Below the pieces are notes generated by a model that was given only the letters and a program-made list of their open reading frames with translations, was not told where the DNA came from and made no database searches. A stretch of DNA of 64,000 nucleotides from IMG/VR virus record IMGVR_UViG_3300031853_000006, positions 52,897 through 116,896 of that record; one strand, 5' to 3'. Within the stretch, counting starts at the first letter, position 1. Every line of letters begins with the position of its first letter. A program made the position numbers and the translations under genes. The DNA comes from a virus. Its lineage: Duplodnaviria; Caudoviricetes. This document shows, one piece after another, positions 19,814 through 29,125 of the stretch.

Positions 19814-20527
19814 ATGTATGATTACAATTCAGTAACTGACGGTATTAAAGACCTAGTAGGTTCTCACGTAGACATAGCCGGAAAGAACATGGAGGAGCTG
19901 GTTGAAAGTTATGAGAAGCTACTTATTGGAGTGTACCTTCTCAATAAACCCGATGAAGCCATCCGGAACGACGGATCTAATGGATACTGTAAAATGCTAG
20001 ATTGGCTACGCACTACTGATTTCTATACATGCCCAGCATCGACTAGGTACCATGAAGCATATCCGAGCGGGCTATTGGTACATTCCTTGCGGGTGTATAA
20101 CATTGCAGTATCGCTAACTGCAACACCAGAATTCGCTAATACAGATCTCAAATCAGCAGCACTTGCAGCATTAGTTCATGATTGGTGCAAGATCGGACTG
20201 TATGAAGTTTATTATCGGAACGTCAAAGATGAGCAGACTGGGCAATGGACTAAGCAAGCTGCATATAAGCATAACCAGAAGGGAATACCTTTAGGGCACG
20301 GAGCAACTTCTATGTTTCTGGCCCAGAAGTTCTTTCATCTATCTGCGGAAGAAGCATTAGCAATCAGATGGCATCAAGGTAGATGGAACGTCTGTGATGC
20401 TGAGGTCAATGAATTCCAACTTGCTAATGAAAAATATCCGCTTGTCCATCTACTGCAGTTTGCAGATCAGTTATCTATTACTGACTACTGCACAGCACTG
20501 GATGCAGAACAGGAAGCAACCAGTTAA
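19814..20527 (+). CDS. HD-domain phosphohydrolase
   Basis: 'PASTRYH....GL..HSL.V', 'HDWCK', 'GHG', 'AIRWH', 'AD'. Confidence 0.85.
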   Translation: MYDYNSVTDGIKDLVGSHVDIAGKNMEELVESYEKLLIGVYLLNKPDEAIRNDGSNGYCKMLDWLRTTDFYTCPASTRYHEAYPSGLLVHSLRVYNIAVSLTATPEFANTDLKSAALAALVHDWCKIGLYEVYYRNVKDEQTGQWTKQAAYKHNQKGIPLGHGATSMFLAQKFFHLSAEEALAIRWHQGRWNVCDAEVNEFQLANEKYPLVHLLQFADQLSITDYCTALDAEQEATS

Positions 20528-20592
20528 TGAACCTTCTATACTATTCGATGAAATAACTAATTATATTCCTATTTTCAAAGGAGAGTTAGAAC

Positions 20593-20985
20593 ATGAAAAA
20601 GAAAGTTGTAATCACGTCATCTAAACATCAGAAGAATCTTGAGAACTACCGCAAAAAGTATGTTCGTGCCGCTGAGGGCGACCTGGATGATTTTGACATG
20701 GATGATGCAGACGTAGATGGTGTTCTAGATGCAATAGATGATGTTGCAGATAACGTAGACGATCTCCAGGATGCTATCGACAGCATTGACGAAGATGATC
20801 TAGACATTGCGATGAATAACAATATTGCAAATCACTACATCGCAGAATGTGGCAAATGCTACGGAGTGTTTATCTCTGCAGTAGTTGAGTCTGATCAGAA
20901 GATCGAATACGTTTCAGGACAGTGCCCTATCTGCCATAAAGATACTGAACAGTATCTGAAATGGGTCATAAAGGAGGTGGACTAA
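20593..20985 (+). CDS. acidic zinc-ribbon protein with MKK..ITSS N-tag
   Basis: Two CxxC pairs; ACCTTCTATA motif upstream. Confidence 0.7.
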   Translation: MKKKVVITSSKHQKNLENYRKKYVRAAEGDLDDFDMDDADVDGVLDAIDDVADNVDDLQDAIDSIDEDDLDIAMNNNIANHYIAECGKCYGVFISAVVESDQKIEYVSGQCPICHKDTEQYLKWVIKEVD

Positions 20986-21381
20986 ATGAAACGAGTTATC
21001 AGAGCTTCTGAATCAACTGCAGATACTAACCCATCTGAATGGGAAGATGTTAAGTGGAAAATAGATTATAAAGGCATTGGCAATCGGTATATGTTTAAGG
21101 GCAAGGCCAATAACGATCGTGGTATCTTTATTGGAGATGTAGTTAAGCTAGCAGCTTATGACGACGCCGATTACTACTGGGCTCGAGTTAGAGGTAGCGG
21201 ATTAGTAGAATTCATTCACAATGGTCGTGTTCAGGATAAGATGCAACTTCCTAATTATCTTGATTTTGCAGAGGATTATGAGACTGTTGCTGAGTATTTC
21301 GAAGTAGAGGTAATGGATCCAATCCTGGATGTGCTTGTTGATTACAATAAGAGCATCAAGCCTCGCATGATGTATGACTGA
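20986..21381 (+). CDS. MKRxIxAS-tagged hypothetical protein
   Basis: MKRVIRASE N-terminus; AGGAGG RBS. Confidence 0.7.
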   Translation: MKRVIRASESTADTNPSEWEDVKWKIDYKGIGNRYMFKGKANNDRGIFIGDVVKLAAYDDADYYWARVRGSGLVEFIHNGRVQDKMQLPNYLDFAEDYETVAEYFEVEVMDPILDVLVDYNKSIKPRMMYD

Positions 21382-21398
21382 GAAAGGAGAAGTCAGCA

Positions 21399-23435
21399 AT
21401 GAAGATTACGCGAAGAAAGATCACCGCTGCTACTAGAGTAGCCGAAGTTCCTGCGCCTTTCAACAAGTATTATAGGCTGATGTCAGATGCTGAATTTGAA
21501 GATGAATTTGATGTACCCGCTCACCCGTCACCCTGCGAAGAGCAAAAAGGTTATGATGTTGAATTCATTTCATACATTACAGCGAAGCCTAATGTAGCTG
21601 GAGTTTTAGAAGACGAAGGCCTAGACGTGCTGGAATTGATAAAAGAAGGCGGGAGAATTTTTCCAGCATACACAGTACATGATCGTATCATTCCGCTTTC
21701 AGAGTCAGAACTTCCTGAATTGTACGATTGGGATGACGACGAATATGTAGAATCTACTACAGAAGTTGAAAGCGCTGTAGATACTGGATTAACTTACTGG
21801 TATTACAGCCGTCATGGTATGGGTCCGGGAACAATACCAACTAATGTAACGGTCTTGGATACAGTAGAAGAAGGATGGAAGACCTGGATGCTACTCGATA
21901 AGATGCTCACAACAGAAGAGCTTGATTTCTACGATCTCAAAGAGGAACAGCCGCCGGAAGGATCTGTAACTCATAACGGTGACACAATCGAGGGATATGA
22001 CGAAGTAACTGCTTCGAGTTGCGAGAAGGTTAGCGAAACAGACGATACAATAAGCTATGTTGTTACATCTTCTCAAGCAGAAGGAGATGTAGAAGCAACA
22101 AGCCTTGTTAACTACAAGGGGTACAAGATACTCCCGGATCGACATGCGTTCTGCTGGAATGTCCTTGACAAAGATGCTTCGCTCATAGAAACAGGTTTCC
22201 AGAACGAGCGTGCAGCAAAAGAATACATTGACGTCAATCTGTCAACTGAAGCAGATGGTGAAAGCATTACAGCTGCAATAGACGTTGACAGTATCGACTT
22301 AGATGCACTCAAGCGTGAGATTGAAGAAGCAATCGTAGAATACTTTAAGAGTCCGGAAGCCGGATGGTCAGAAGATGAAGCTGAACAGGCTGCAAGAGAC
22401 TACTCCGTTGTAGAGGTAGAAAAATACGACGACAATTCCATCAAAGTAGAAGTAAGAACCGATCTTTCATTTGACAGCATGATGAATCTTTCGCAGTTGC
22501 TTGATCCGATTGTTGAACAGTACGACGAAGATGCATATTTCGATATGGAAGATGCAGGCATCATGAATGCCTTCTTAACTAACGAGGTTGATACCTCTAC
22601 CGAAATAGAAGCTGCCCATAGCGATTTTCAGAGTGATCGGTCAGCAGCACTTGATAGACATAACGAGCGCATGATAGGTCAATACGACAGATACCATGGC
22701 GAGCCTGGCGAGGGCAAAGAAATACCTGAACCGGATCCAATCTATTCTGAGTTCGACTTCAACTATTTAGTATCTGTAGACTCTGAGGGTAACGTGATAC
22801 ACTTAGACGATGACGCCCTCATGCATGCATCACTGCTCGATGAGGAAGGTGTTTCAGAAGAATCAATGCTCGAAAGTTTCGATGAATTGATGCTATGGTA
22901 CATTCCGGATAGGCCAGGTAACTATCGAGTAAAGGGTCACATCAAGATGGTGTATGCTCCTGAATGGAACAGCTTCGATGTTGATTATGACTACGATCTC
23001 GATCCAGAAGCAACTGCTGTAACAGATGTTCAAGTAACTAACGCCGGAAACCGAGTAGAGTCTTCAATTGCATCAGAAGGTACTGCAGTAGAAGCTGCAA
23101 TGACGGAGGACGAACTCGACAATGCGATCTTAGAAGGCAAACCATTCAGTCTTCAAGACTTCAAGAAATACAAGTCTTTCGACACTGATGAATACGTAAT
23201 GCCAGAAGACCTGAAAGTCGGAGACATTATCGTCAACGACGCAACAGCAGATCAGATGGAGTGGGGCACACGTTACGAAGTAATCAGCATCAACGATCCG
23301 GCAGACACAATGTTCGATTACACGGTACGCGTTAGGCTCCTGACGGATCCGAGAGTCAAGGGCAAGAAAGAAGGCGATATCATGACGCTTTACTTCTACC
23401 AAGACGATCCTGTAGGCAGTTACTACGAAGGTTGA
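21399..23435 (+). CDS. acidic multi-domain protein with DarA_C-like module; candidate polyprotein
   Basis: 'YWYYSRHGMGPGTIP...LTTEELDFYDLKE' resembles DarA C-terminal domain; repeated [VI]x[AS][AST] linkers. Confidence 0.7.
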   Translation: MKITRRKITAATRVAEVPAPFNKYYRLMSDAEFEDEFDVPAHPSPCEEQKGYDVEFISYITAKPNVAGVLEDEGLDVLELIKEGGRIFPAYTVHDRIIPLSESELPELYDWDDDEYVESTTEVESAVDTGLTYWYYSRHGMGPGTIPTNVTVLDTVEEGWKTWMLLDKMLTTEELDFYDLKEEQPPEGSVTHNGDTIEGYDEVTASSCEKVSETDDTISYVVTSSQAEGDVEATSLVNYKGYKILPDRHAFCWNVLDKDASLIETGFQNERAAKEYIDVNLSTEADGESITAAIDVDSIDLDALKREIEEAIVEYFKSPEAGWSEDEAEQAARDYSVVEVEKYDDNSIKVEVRTDLSFDSMMNLSQLLDPIVEQYDEDAYFDMEDAGIMNAFLTNEVDTSTEIEAAHSDFQSDRSAALDRHNERMIGQYDRYHGEPGEGKEIPEPDPIYSEFDFNYLVSVDSEGNVIHLDDDALMHASLLDEEGVSEESMLESFDELMLWYIPDRPGNYRVKGHIKMVYAPEWNSFDVDYDYDLDPEATAVTDVQVTNAGNRVESSIASEGTAVEAAMTEDELDNAILEGKPFSLQDFKKYKSFDTDEYVMPEDLKVGDIIVNDATADQMEWGTRYEVISINDPADTMFDYTVRVRLLTDPRVKGKKEGDIMTLYFYQDDPVGSYYEG

Positions 23436-23612
23436 GATTACAGAATCTCACGGTTTCGCACATAGAAAAACACAACGCTTACTACTTATATCAGAGTCTC
23501 CAATATATTTCCACGGTACTTCGAGGGGCTGTCCTCACACACAGCCCCTCAAGTGCTGTATTGAAGAACAATCAAAACTCTTATAAGTAACTGAAAGTCG
23601 GGTGACGGGCTG

Positions 23613-24632
23613 TTACTCGACTTCATTGGTGTATTCGTATTCATCTAAATAATCCGTCGTGATATAATCATACCTCTTTTTCATCTCAATCACGTTGTCT
23701 CTTGAATTGACTTTCCGCAACCCCTCTTCCAATCTCCAATATACGTCATACATGCCCTCTTTCACAAGTTTCACAGACAGCGACTTAAGAAGTTCTGGAC
23801 TAGCTAATGACCTCGGGACTACACATTTGAAAGAATCAATTCCAATTGTATTCAAAGCCTCGCCCATCAACTTAGAATAATAATTTGGATTCATATAGTT
23901 GCCTCTCGTGCCGAAGTCCGCAAGATAAATAACACCTTGCTTCCGTTCAAACCGCAAAACTTGATATAATATCCCATCATCGACTAATCCAACAGAAGTA
24001 TGAATCTTCCCGAATTTAGGACAAACACGTTGCCCATATCGCTTCAAAAACTCAACACTCGCCCTTTCTTTCAATACGTAGACCTGCATGTGTTCTTCTT
24101 CAATTCTAAATAAAGGGCCATCTGGGTTCGGCAAAGTCTTGAGAGGGAATTCAGTCAGTATCGTCTGTGTGAACTTATCCTTAATTGTAGTTGATAAACT
24201 TTCAGATTTCTTGAGTTTCTTTATATTGTCTACTCCATACTTACGCTGTAAGGTTTCAACTCCTTTCCGATAGATTTCAGGAGATTGCATCGCGTAGTCA
24301 ACTCCGAATTTCTTTTGCATTGTCGCTTTTGCTTTCTCTCTTGCTTCTGGATTATTACCAGGGGCCTTCATTCCATATTTCTTCATACTAGTTTCCTGCG
24401 TACGCTTAACTCTGCAAGCATACGAACACGCAACCGGAGGCCGCTTCAAGTTATCATCATTAGTAACTAAGTATCTCTTACCACAAACAGGACAGTTCAT
24501 ATAGTGAGGTTCCTTACAGTATTTTTGAGAAGCTGTTTTAGGTATGAAAGGCTTTCCGCAGAATTCACAAATCTTCTCCTTTTTGAAATCATCTTCCATG
24601 TGGTCACACTTCCTTTCCGGTTTTAGAGCCAT
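23613..24632 (-). CDS. degenerate Hef-like protein (zinc ribbon and KYG repeats; nuclease motif missing)
   Basis: N-terminus matches the Hef-like paralogs; no D..E.NP/DP motif; C-terminus weakly similar. Confidence 0.65.
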   Translation of the reverse strand: MALKPERKCDHMEDDFKKEKICEFCGKPFIPKTASQKYCKEPHYMNCPVCGKRYLVTNDDNLKRPPVACSYACRVKRTQETSMKKYGMKAPGNNPEAREKAKATMQKKFGVDYAMQSPEIYRKGVETLQRKYGVDNIKKLKKSESLSTTIKDKFTQTILTEFPLKTLPNPDGPLFRIEEEHMQVYVLKERASVEFLKRYGQRVCPKFGKIHTSVGLVDDGILYQVLRFERKQGVIYLADFGTRGNYMNPNYYSKLMGEALNTIGIDSFKCVVPRSLASPELLKSLSVKLVKEGMYDVYWRLEEGLRKVNSRDNVIEMKKRYDYITTDYLDEYEYTNEVE

Positions 24633-24661
24633 GTGGTGCTGTCATGTGATTAGTTGTTTTC

Positions 24662-24690
24662 ATTATAATATAGTTTAGTCGAAAAGTCAA
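24662..24690 (-). promoter_or_regulatory. sigmaA-type promoter for 24632(-)
   Basis: TTGACT-17-TATAAT on the minus strand. Confidence 0.7.
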
Positions 24691-24751
24691 TATGTAATCT
24701 TAAATATTTTCGTAACATCAACATAAATCAAACACCGAAAGGAGAAATCAT

Positions 24752-26126
24752 ATGTTTACACCTTTACACATGGGTGAGGGTGCCCCGCATATTCAGTGAT
24801 GAGTGTGTGCTACTCGGGTTAACTGCTTTGAATTCCTAAGAGCCTCAGTCGCTACAACGTAGATTGAAAAGTCAAGCGTGAATGCCGCGAAAGCAGAAAG
24901 AAGAATTGAGGATGGCCTAAGGTGAAACAAAAGCCTTGCAGAATTTAAGCATAGTTCTACAAGGTCCTAAGGGTCAATCAACAATGGATGTTTAGCAGCG
25001 AAAGTCCTAAGTTCGTATCACGAATAAGGAACACGTTCAACGATCAGCCCCTTGAGGGGGATGTAGAACCGCAAGCCAATGGCGGAAGAAAAATCCGAGC
25101 TCCTTAGGTATTAAGGATGACGAAATGATCTGAGCTTCACTGAAAGGTGAAGTTGCTCTAAGAGCAGAATACTTCTTGCGAAAGTATTTGAACAATTAAC
25201 AAAGTGTACCAATCATATGCTCGGCGTGGATTAACATACCGGTCCCTTCACATAGTAATATGTGTCGACTAACTACATAGAATTGCTGGAACAACCGTAA
25301 AGCCTACTCAGCCACAACGCAGAGATGAAATATGCTCAGACGTGATGGCGGCGAAAGCAGAAAAAATCGAGTAGGATAGGCCAAGGTGAAATACAAGCCA
25401 GAAAAAGTAATCCTGGTCCTAAAGTCCATCTAACAATCGGAAATCAGCAGCCAAGCTCCGAACAGGAGAAGGTTCAACGAGTAAGCAGCCTCGAAATCGC
25501 GAGGACAGTAATGTAGGTCCTAAGCCTCCGGCAGGACATTATGTACTCTGGTCTATCAAGAAATTGATAGCGGCTCTTGAAAAGGGCGGTGGGAACCTTG
25601 CGAAGTCCCATGAACAATAACGGCATATGTACCTTTAACAACTAACAACTTTGAGATCCGTATCTACGGACTTGACGGAGGCGCTCCAACAGAAAACGCA
25701 GACCTCTTAACACTCTCTACATCAGAAATCGGAGAGATTCAGGAGGAACAAGACGTAATCACCGTACACTACGGAAACGGCATTGTTAAGTTCCCGAGCA
25801 AAGTAACATTTGCAGATGTTGACTGGACACTTAACTGCTATTGCGAGCCGAATGTGCTCGGAGCTCTGAGAGATTGGAGAAAGCAGGTGTATGATCCTGA
25901 TACGGAACGTATGGGATTGCCTACATCGTACATGCGTACTGTATACTTCATCCGTTATGATGCTTCTGGCCGTCAGGCAAGGGACATCATCAAGTGCCCG
26001 GGTACCTGGATCAGGGGATTAAAGAACGGAAACATGAACCAGGAAGGTGGCTCGATTGTTCAGGCCTCCGTAACGCTGGTCATCTCAAAAGCAACTTACA
26101 TGACAGGATCACAGATTCCGTCATAA
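24752..26126 (+). CDS. tail tube protein (T4 gp19-like), spliced from 3 exons: 24752-24775, about 25208-25231, 25623-26126
   Basis: AAAGGAG RBS and ATG 24752; joined frame MFTPLHMG-TNHMLGVD-AYVPLTTNNFEIRI...ITVHYGNGIVKFPSKVTFADVDWTL...W..QVYDP.T, about 183 aa; tube-like motifs. Confidence 0.8.
24776..25206 (+). mobile_element. group I intron 1 (IA-like, no internal ORF)
   Basis: P1 GGGU/GCCC; P3 CTCGGGTT(24813)/AATCCGAG(25092); P AACTGCTTTGAA; Q TTTAGCAGCG; R GTTCAACGATCA; P7 GATCA/TGATC; GNRA-capped P2 and P9; 3' end uncertain (25204-25207). Confidence 0.9.
25232..25622 (+). mobile_element. group I intron 2 (IA-like, no internal ORF)
   Basis: P1 GGAU/GUCC with U.G; P AATTGCTGGAA(25281); Q AATCAGCAGCC(25442); R GTTCAACGAGTA(25472); P7 GAGTA/TACTC; P3 CTACAT/ATGTAG; terminal G 25622 restores the frame. 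Confidence 0.9.
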
Positions 26127-26146
26127 TAAGCTCTTCCTACCACAGC

Positions 26147-26181
26147 AAAGGCCTGACTCGAAACAGAGCCAGGCCTTTTCT
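26147..26181. terminator. bidirectional terminator after tube gene
   Basis: AAAGGCCTG...CAGGCCTTTT stem. Confidence 0.7.
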
Positions 26182-26182
26182 A

Positions 26183-27844
26183 TTATCTTTTCCATTCAAA
26201 AACCATCTGGCCGCAGTCATAAACGGATCGCCAACCGGATCTAATCATCAGTGCTTCATTAGAAGTACCTTTTCCGTAGTTTGTATGAAAAAGTTGATCA
26301 AAACCTCGTTGACGCAATAAATTATCAGTTACGTATTCAACACCTCTTGACCAGACCTTTGCGGGACTTGATGTATGATGTAAGGACATACCAATCTTTT
26401 CATATACTTCTCCATTGAATTTTGCTCTATCGCAATAACTGATGATAGATTCAGGATTTACTTCTTTCAAGAACTTTTGGAACATTTTAGAAGCTCCCCC
26501 TACGACTTGATGCTTAGAGTCTGTACACAGTCGTAAAAGTTCCCATTCATAATTTTTATTATATCGAGGTTTGCCAAAAGTCATTACGCTCAGTAACTCA
26601 CCTTGATAGAATAGTGCGTAGGCGTACTTAGCACCTCTCGCATCTCCTTGAATATGGTTACGTTGAATGAATTCAGTAACATCTTTAGGATCCACAGATT
26701 TAACTTCACATCTCCTAGCATATATTTTTTCTTTTGGCAACACTAAGTTAAGAACTTTTTCTCTTTCATCCCAATCAAATACATGAATACATCTATAGCC
26801 ATTGTCCTGTGCTAACCTTGATCTCTCAATGTGATACCTAGGATCTTTTCCTACAGACTCCCAGTGGTTAGGCAGGTCTGAATGAGTATAGGACGGATCA
26901 ATCTCAACTACTATATTAGTTCCAAGCACTCGCATATCAAACCATTTACCATCAATATATTCTTCTTCCTTCACTTTAACTCCATTACTTTCCAAGAATT
27001 CCATGAATTCTTGATTGACCTTTGATGACCTACCTGTTCTGTTTTCTAGCATAGCTTGTCGTGCCTTTTCTTGACTTTCAGGAAGTTGCAAAGTGCATTT
27101 TACTCCATATCTTTCTTCGCAAGTCTGCATTGCTTTCTCTCGTGATTCGGGTATCATTCCAGAATAAGGGACGCCATGGTTAGCCATAAGTGTTTCCATC
27201 ATAGCAATCTGAACGATTTCGCTCTGTGCCGGATAATTCGTTCCATATTTTTCACGACACGTATCAATGTGCTTTTGTCGTACTTCTTTGCTCTTTTGTA
27301 CTTCACTCATCTTCTTGCGTAGTTCAGGAGATTCATCCGGATTAGTAACTCCGTACCGTTCCATCATAGTTGCTTCTATTTTCTGCCGGAGCACTGGAGA
27401 AGCAGTACCGATACCTCCGTACTTGGATTCTAGAGTTGCTCTTGCCTTCTTATTGGTCTCAGGAATCTTGGCCTTGATCTTCTCAACAGCCTTGTCGTGA
27501 AACTCCTTGACTTGACTCGGATTGCGTACTCCGTATTTCGCTTCTAATGTATCCTGTGCTTTCTGTATTTTTAATTTAGATTCGCACTCTTTGGAACATG
27601 TGTAACGGACAGCACCGTATTTCTCACTCGGCACTTTCATAGCTATGGGTCTTCCGCAGACTAAGCAATCCAGATAATGAGTGCGTTTGCAATAGCGCTG
27701 TCTGCTCCCGTTACGTCCTTCTCCTACAAACAACTTCTTACAAAGCGGACACTCTTTGACTTTCGGAGTATCTTTAGTAACTCCAGAATAGTTATAATCA
27801 TCAGCAGAATATACTTTTTGCATAATTTCTTCGTGAGATAGCAT
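26183..27844 (-). CDS. Hef-like free-standing homing endonuclease
   Basis: Zinc ribbon, KYG repeats, 'FDMRV...VVEIDPSYTHS..YH', 'IYARRC..NHIQG..VVGGASK'; start probably ATG 27844 after AAAGGA and the ATCGTTA motif. Confidence 0.75.
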   Translation of the reverse strand: MLSHEEIMQKVYSADDYNYSGVTKDTPKVKECPLCKKLFVGEGRNGSRQRYCKRTHYLDCLVCGRPIAMKVPSEKYGAVRYTCSKECESKLKIQKAQDTLEAKYGVRNPSQVKEFHDKAVEKIKAKIPETNKKARATLESKYGGIGTASPVLRQKIEATMMERYGVTNPDESPELRKKMSEVQKSKEVRQKHIDTCREKYGTNYPAQSEIVQIAMMETLMANHGVPYSGMIPESREKAMQTCEERYGVKCTLQLPESQEKARQAMLENRTGRSSKVNQEFMEFLESNGVKVKEEEYIDGKWFDMRVLGTNIVVEIDPSYTHSDLPNHWESVGKDPRYHIERSRLAQDNGYRCIHVFDWDEREKVLNLVLPKEKIYARRCEVKSVDPKDVTEFIQRNHIQGDARGAKYAYALFYQGELLSVMTFGKPRYNKNYEWELLRLCTDSKHQVVGGASKMFQKFLKEVNPESIISYCDRAKFNGEVYEKIGMSLHHTSSPAKVWSRGVEYVTDNLLRQRGFDQLFHTNYGKGTSNEALMIRSGWRSVYDCGQMVFEWKR

Positions 27845-27976
27845 GCTTTGCACCAATCCTTTCTGATAATTATATAACGATTTTAGTATGGTTGACCTAA
27901 TTACGCGGTACACCTTACATCTATACGAACCTTCAATAAGTATACAAAATACCTAACTAAAGGAGGATCAGTACGC

Positions 27977-28765
27977 ATGTTTGATTTCTTGAAGAAAAAT
28001 GCAGCTATTGACCCGACTCAGTTTACCGGAGGAGTCATCAAGAAAAAAGAGGTCAATCCGACTAACTGGAACTATTCGGATCATAAGTCATGCAAAGCTG
28101 TAGCAGAGAAATCTCTGCCTGAAAGATTCAGTATCAAGGACAAGTTCGGAAAAGTATACTGCCAGCGATATGGTAACTGCACATCTAACGCTGTTTTAGC
28201 ATGTGATGCTTACTATTATCATGACCCAAACGGCACTTGGGAACCGTCAACTGTTTTTACCTATTATAATCAGCGAAAAGCTGACGGAGCATTGAAGGAT
28301 CCGGATGATGGTAGTAATGTAGAATGTGCTCTTGAAGTTACTCGTAAGCTTGGAGCTTGTAACGCAAAAGTATGGCCAAATACAAAACCATACACCAAGA
28401 AGCCGAGTAAGGCTGCTTATGCTAACGGACTTAAAGGCAAAGAGCTTACCAAGTATTATAGAGTTAAATCACTCCTTCAGATTAAGAAGGCACTGGTTGC
28501 TGGGTATCCGGTAGCTATCGCAATGGCGTGGGCATTTGATTACATCGATGAAAATCATGTGCTCAACGATCCGACAGATGAAGCAATCGAGGATTGCGTA
28601 TCAGGACACGCAGTAGTAATTGTCGGATATGATGACGAGAAGAAACTCTTCGAGATCAGGAACAGCTGGGGAGAAGGATGGGGCGACCACGGATACGGAT
28701 TCGTCACCTATAAAACAATGAAAAAAGCTATCTGGTTCGACGATAGCTACGCTGTAGTCAAGTAG
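27977..28765 (+). CDS. papain-like (C1 family) cysteine peptidase
   Basis: Q...GNCTSNA (catalytic Cys), GHAVVIVGYDD (His), RNSWG..WGD.GY (Asn). Confidence 0.9.
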   Translation: MFDFLKKNAAIDPTQFTGGVIKKKEVNPTNWNYSDHKSCKAVAEKSLPERFSIKDKFGKVYCQRYGNCTSNAVLACDAYYYHDPNGTWEPSTVFTYYNQRKADGALKDPDDGSNVECALEVTRKLGACNAKVWPNTKPYTKKPSKAAYANGLKGKELTKYYRVKSLLQIKKALVAGYPVAIAMAWAFDYIDENHVLNDPTDEAIEDCVSGHAVVIVGYDDEKKLFEIRNSWGEGWGDHGYGFVTYKTMKKAIWFDDSYAVVK

Positions 28766-29016
28766 TAACTTCATATTATAATAAGTAAGCAGACTAAAAT
28801 ATTATATCACATGTTGAAGAACCGCAGCTAATTGCAGCGAGATTCAACACGGATCGGGGATCAGTACACGTGGCTGATTCCCGATTTTTGTTGTAATTTT
28901 GTGAGATTTTTAGTAATTTTTAGAAAATCTTAAAAATATTTTTGTTCAGCGTCTTCCATGATCAGGCTATTCTATTAGAAAATTCGAAAGTTTACTAAAA
29001 ATATTATAAAAAAGTC

Positions 29017-29045
29017 TTGACAAATTCTAAGAAATATCATATAAT
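29017..29045 (+). promoter_or_regulatory. conserved sigmaA-type early promoter repeat
   Basis: TTGACA-17-TATAAT. Confidence 0.85.
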
Positions 29046-29125
29046 ATACTTGTAAGATAATCAAGTAGTAAATTCAAGTACTACAACAGACCCTATTCTA
29101 TCATATACCAAAGGAGGTATTCGTT

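Noticed and set aside
25854-26126. ORF-track 90-aa protein as an independent gene
   Set aside because: The frame is open from 25623 and has no good RBS at 25854; it is exon 3 of the spliced tube gene
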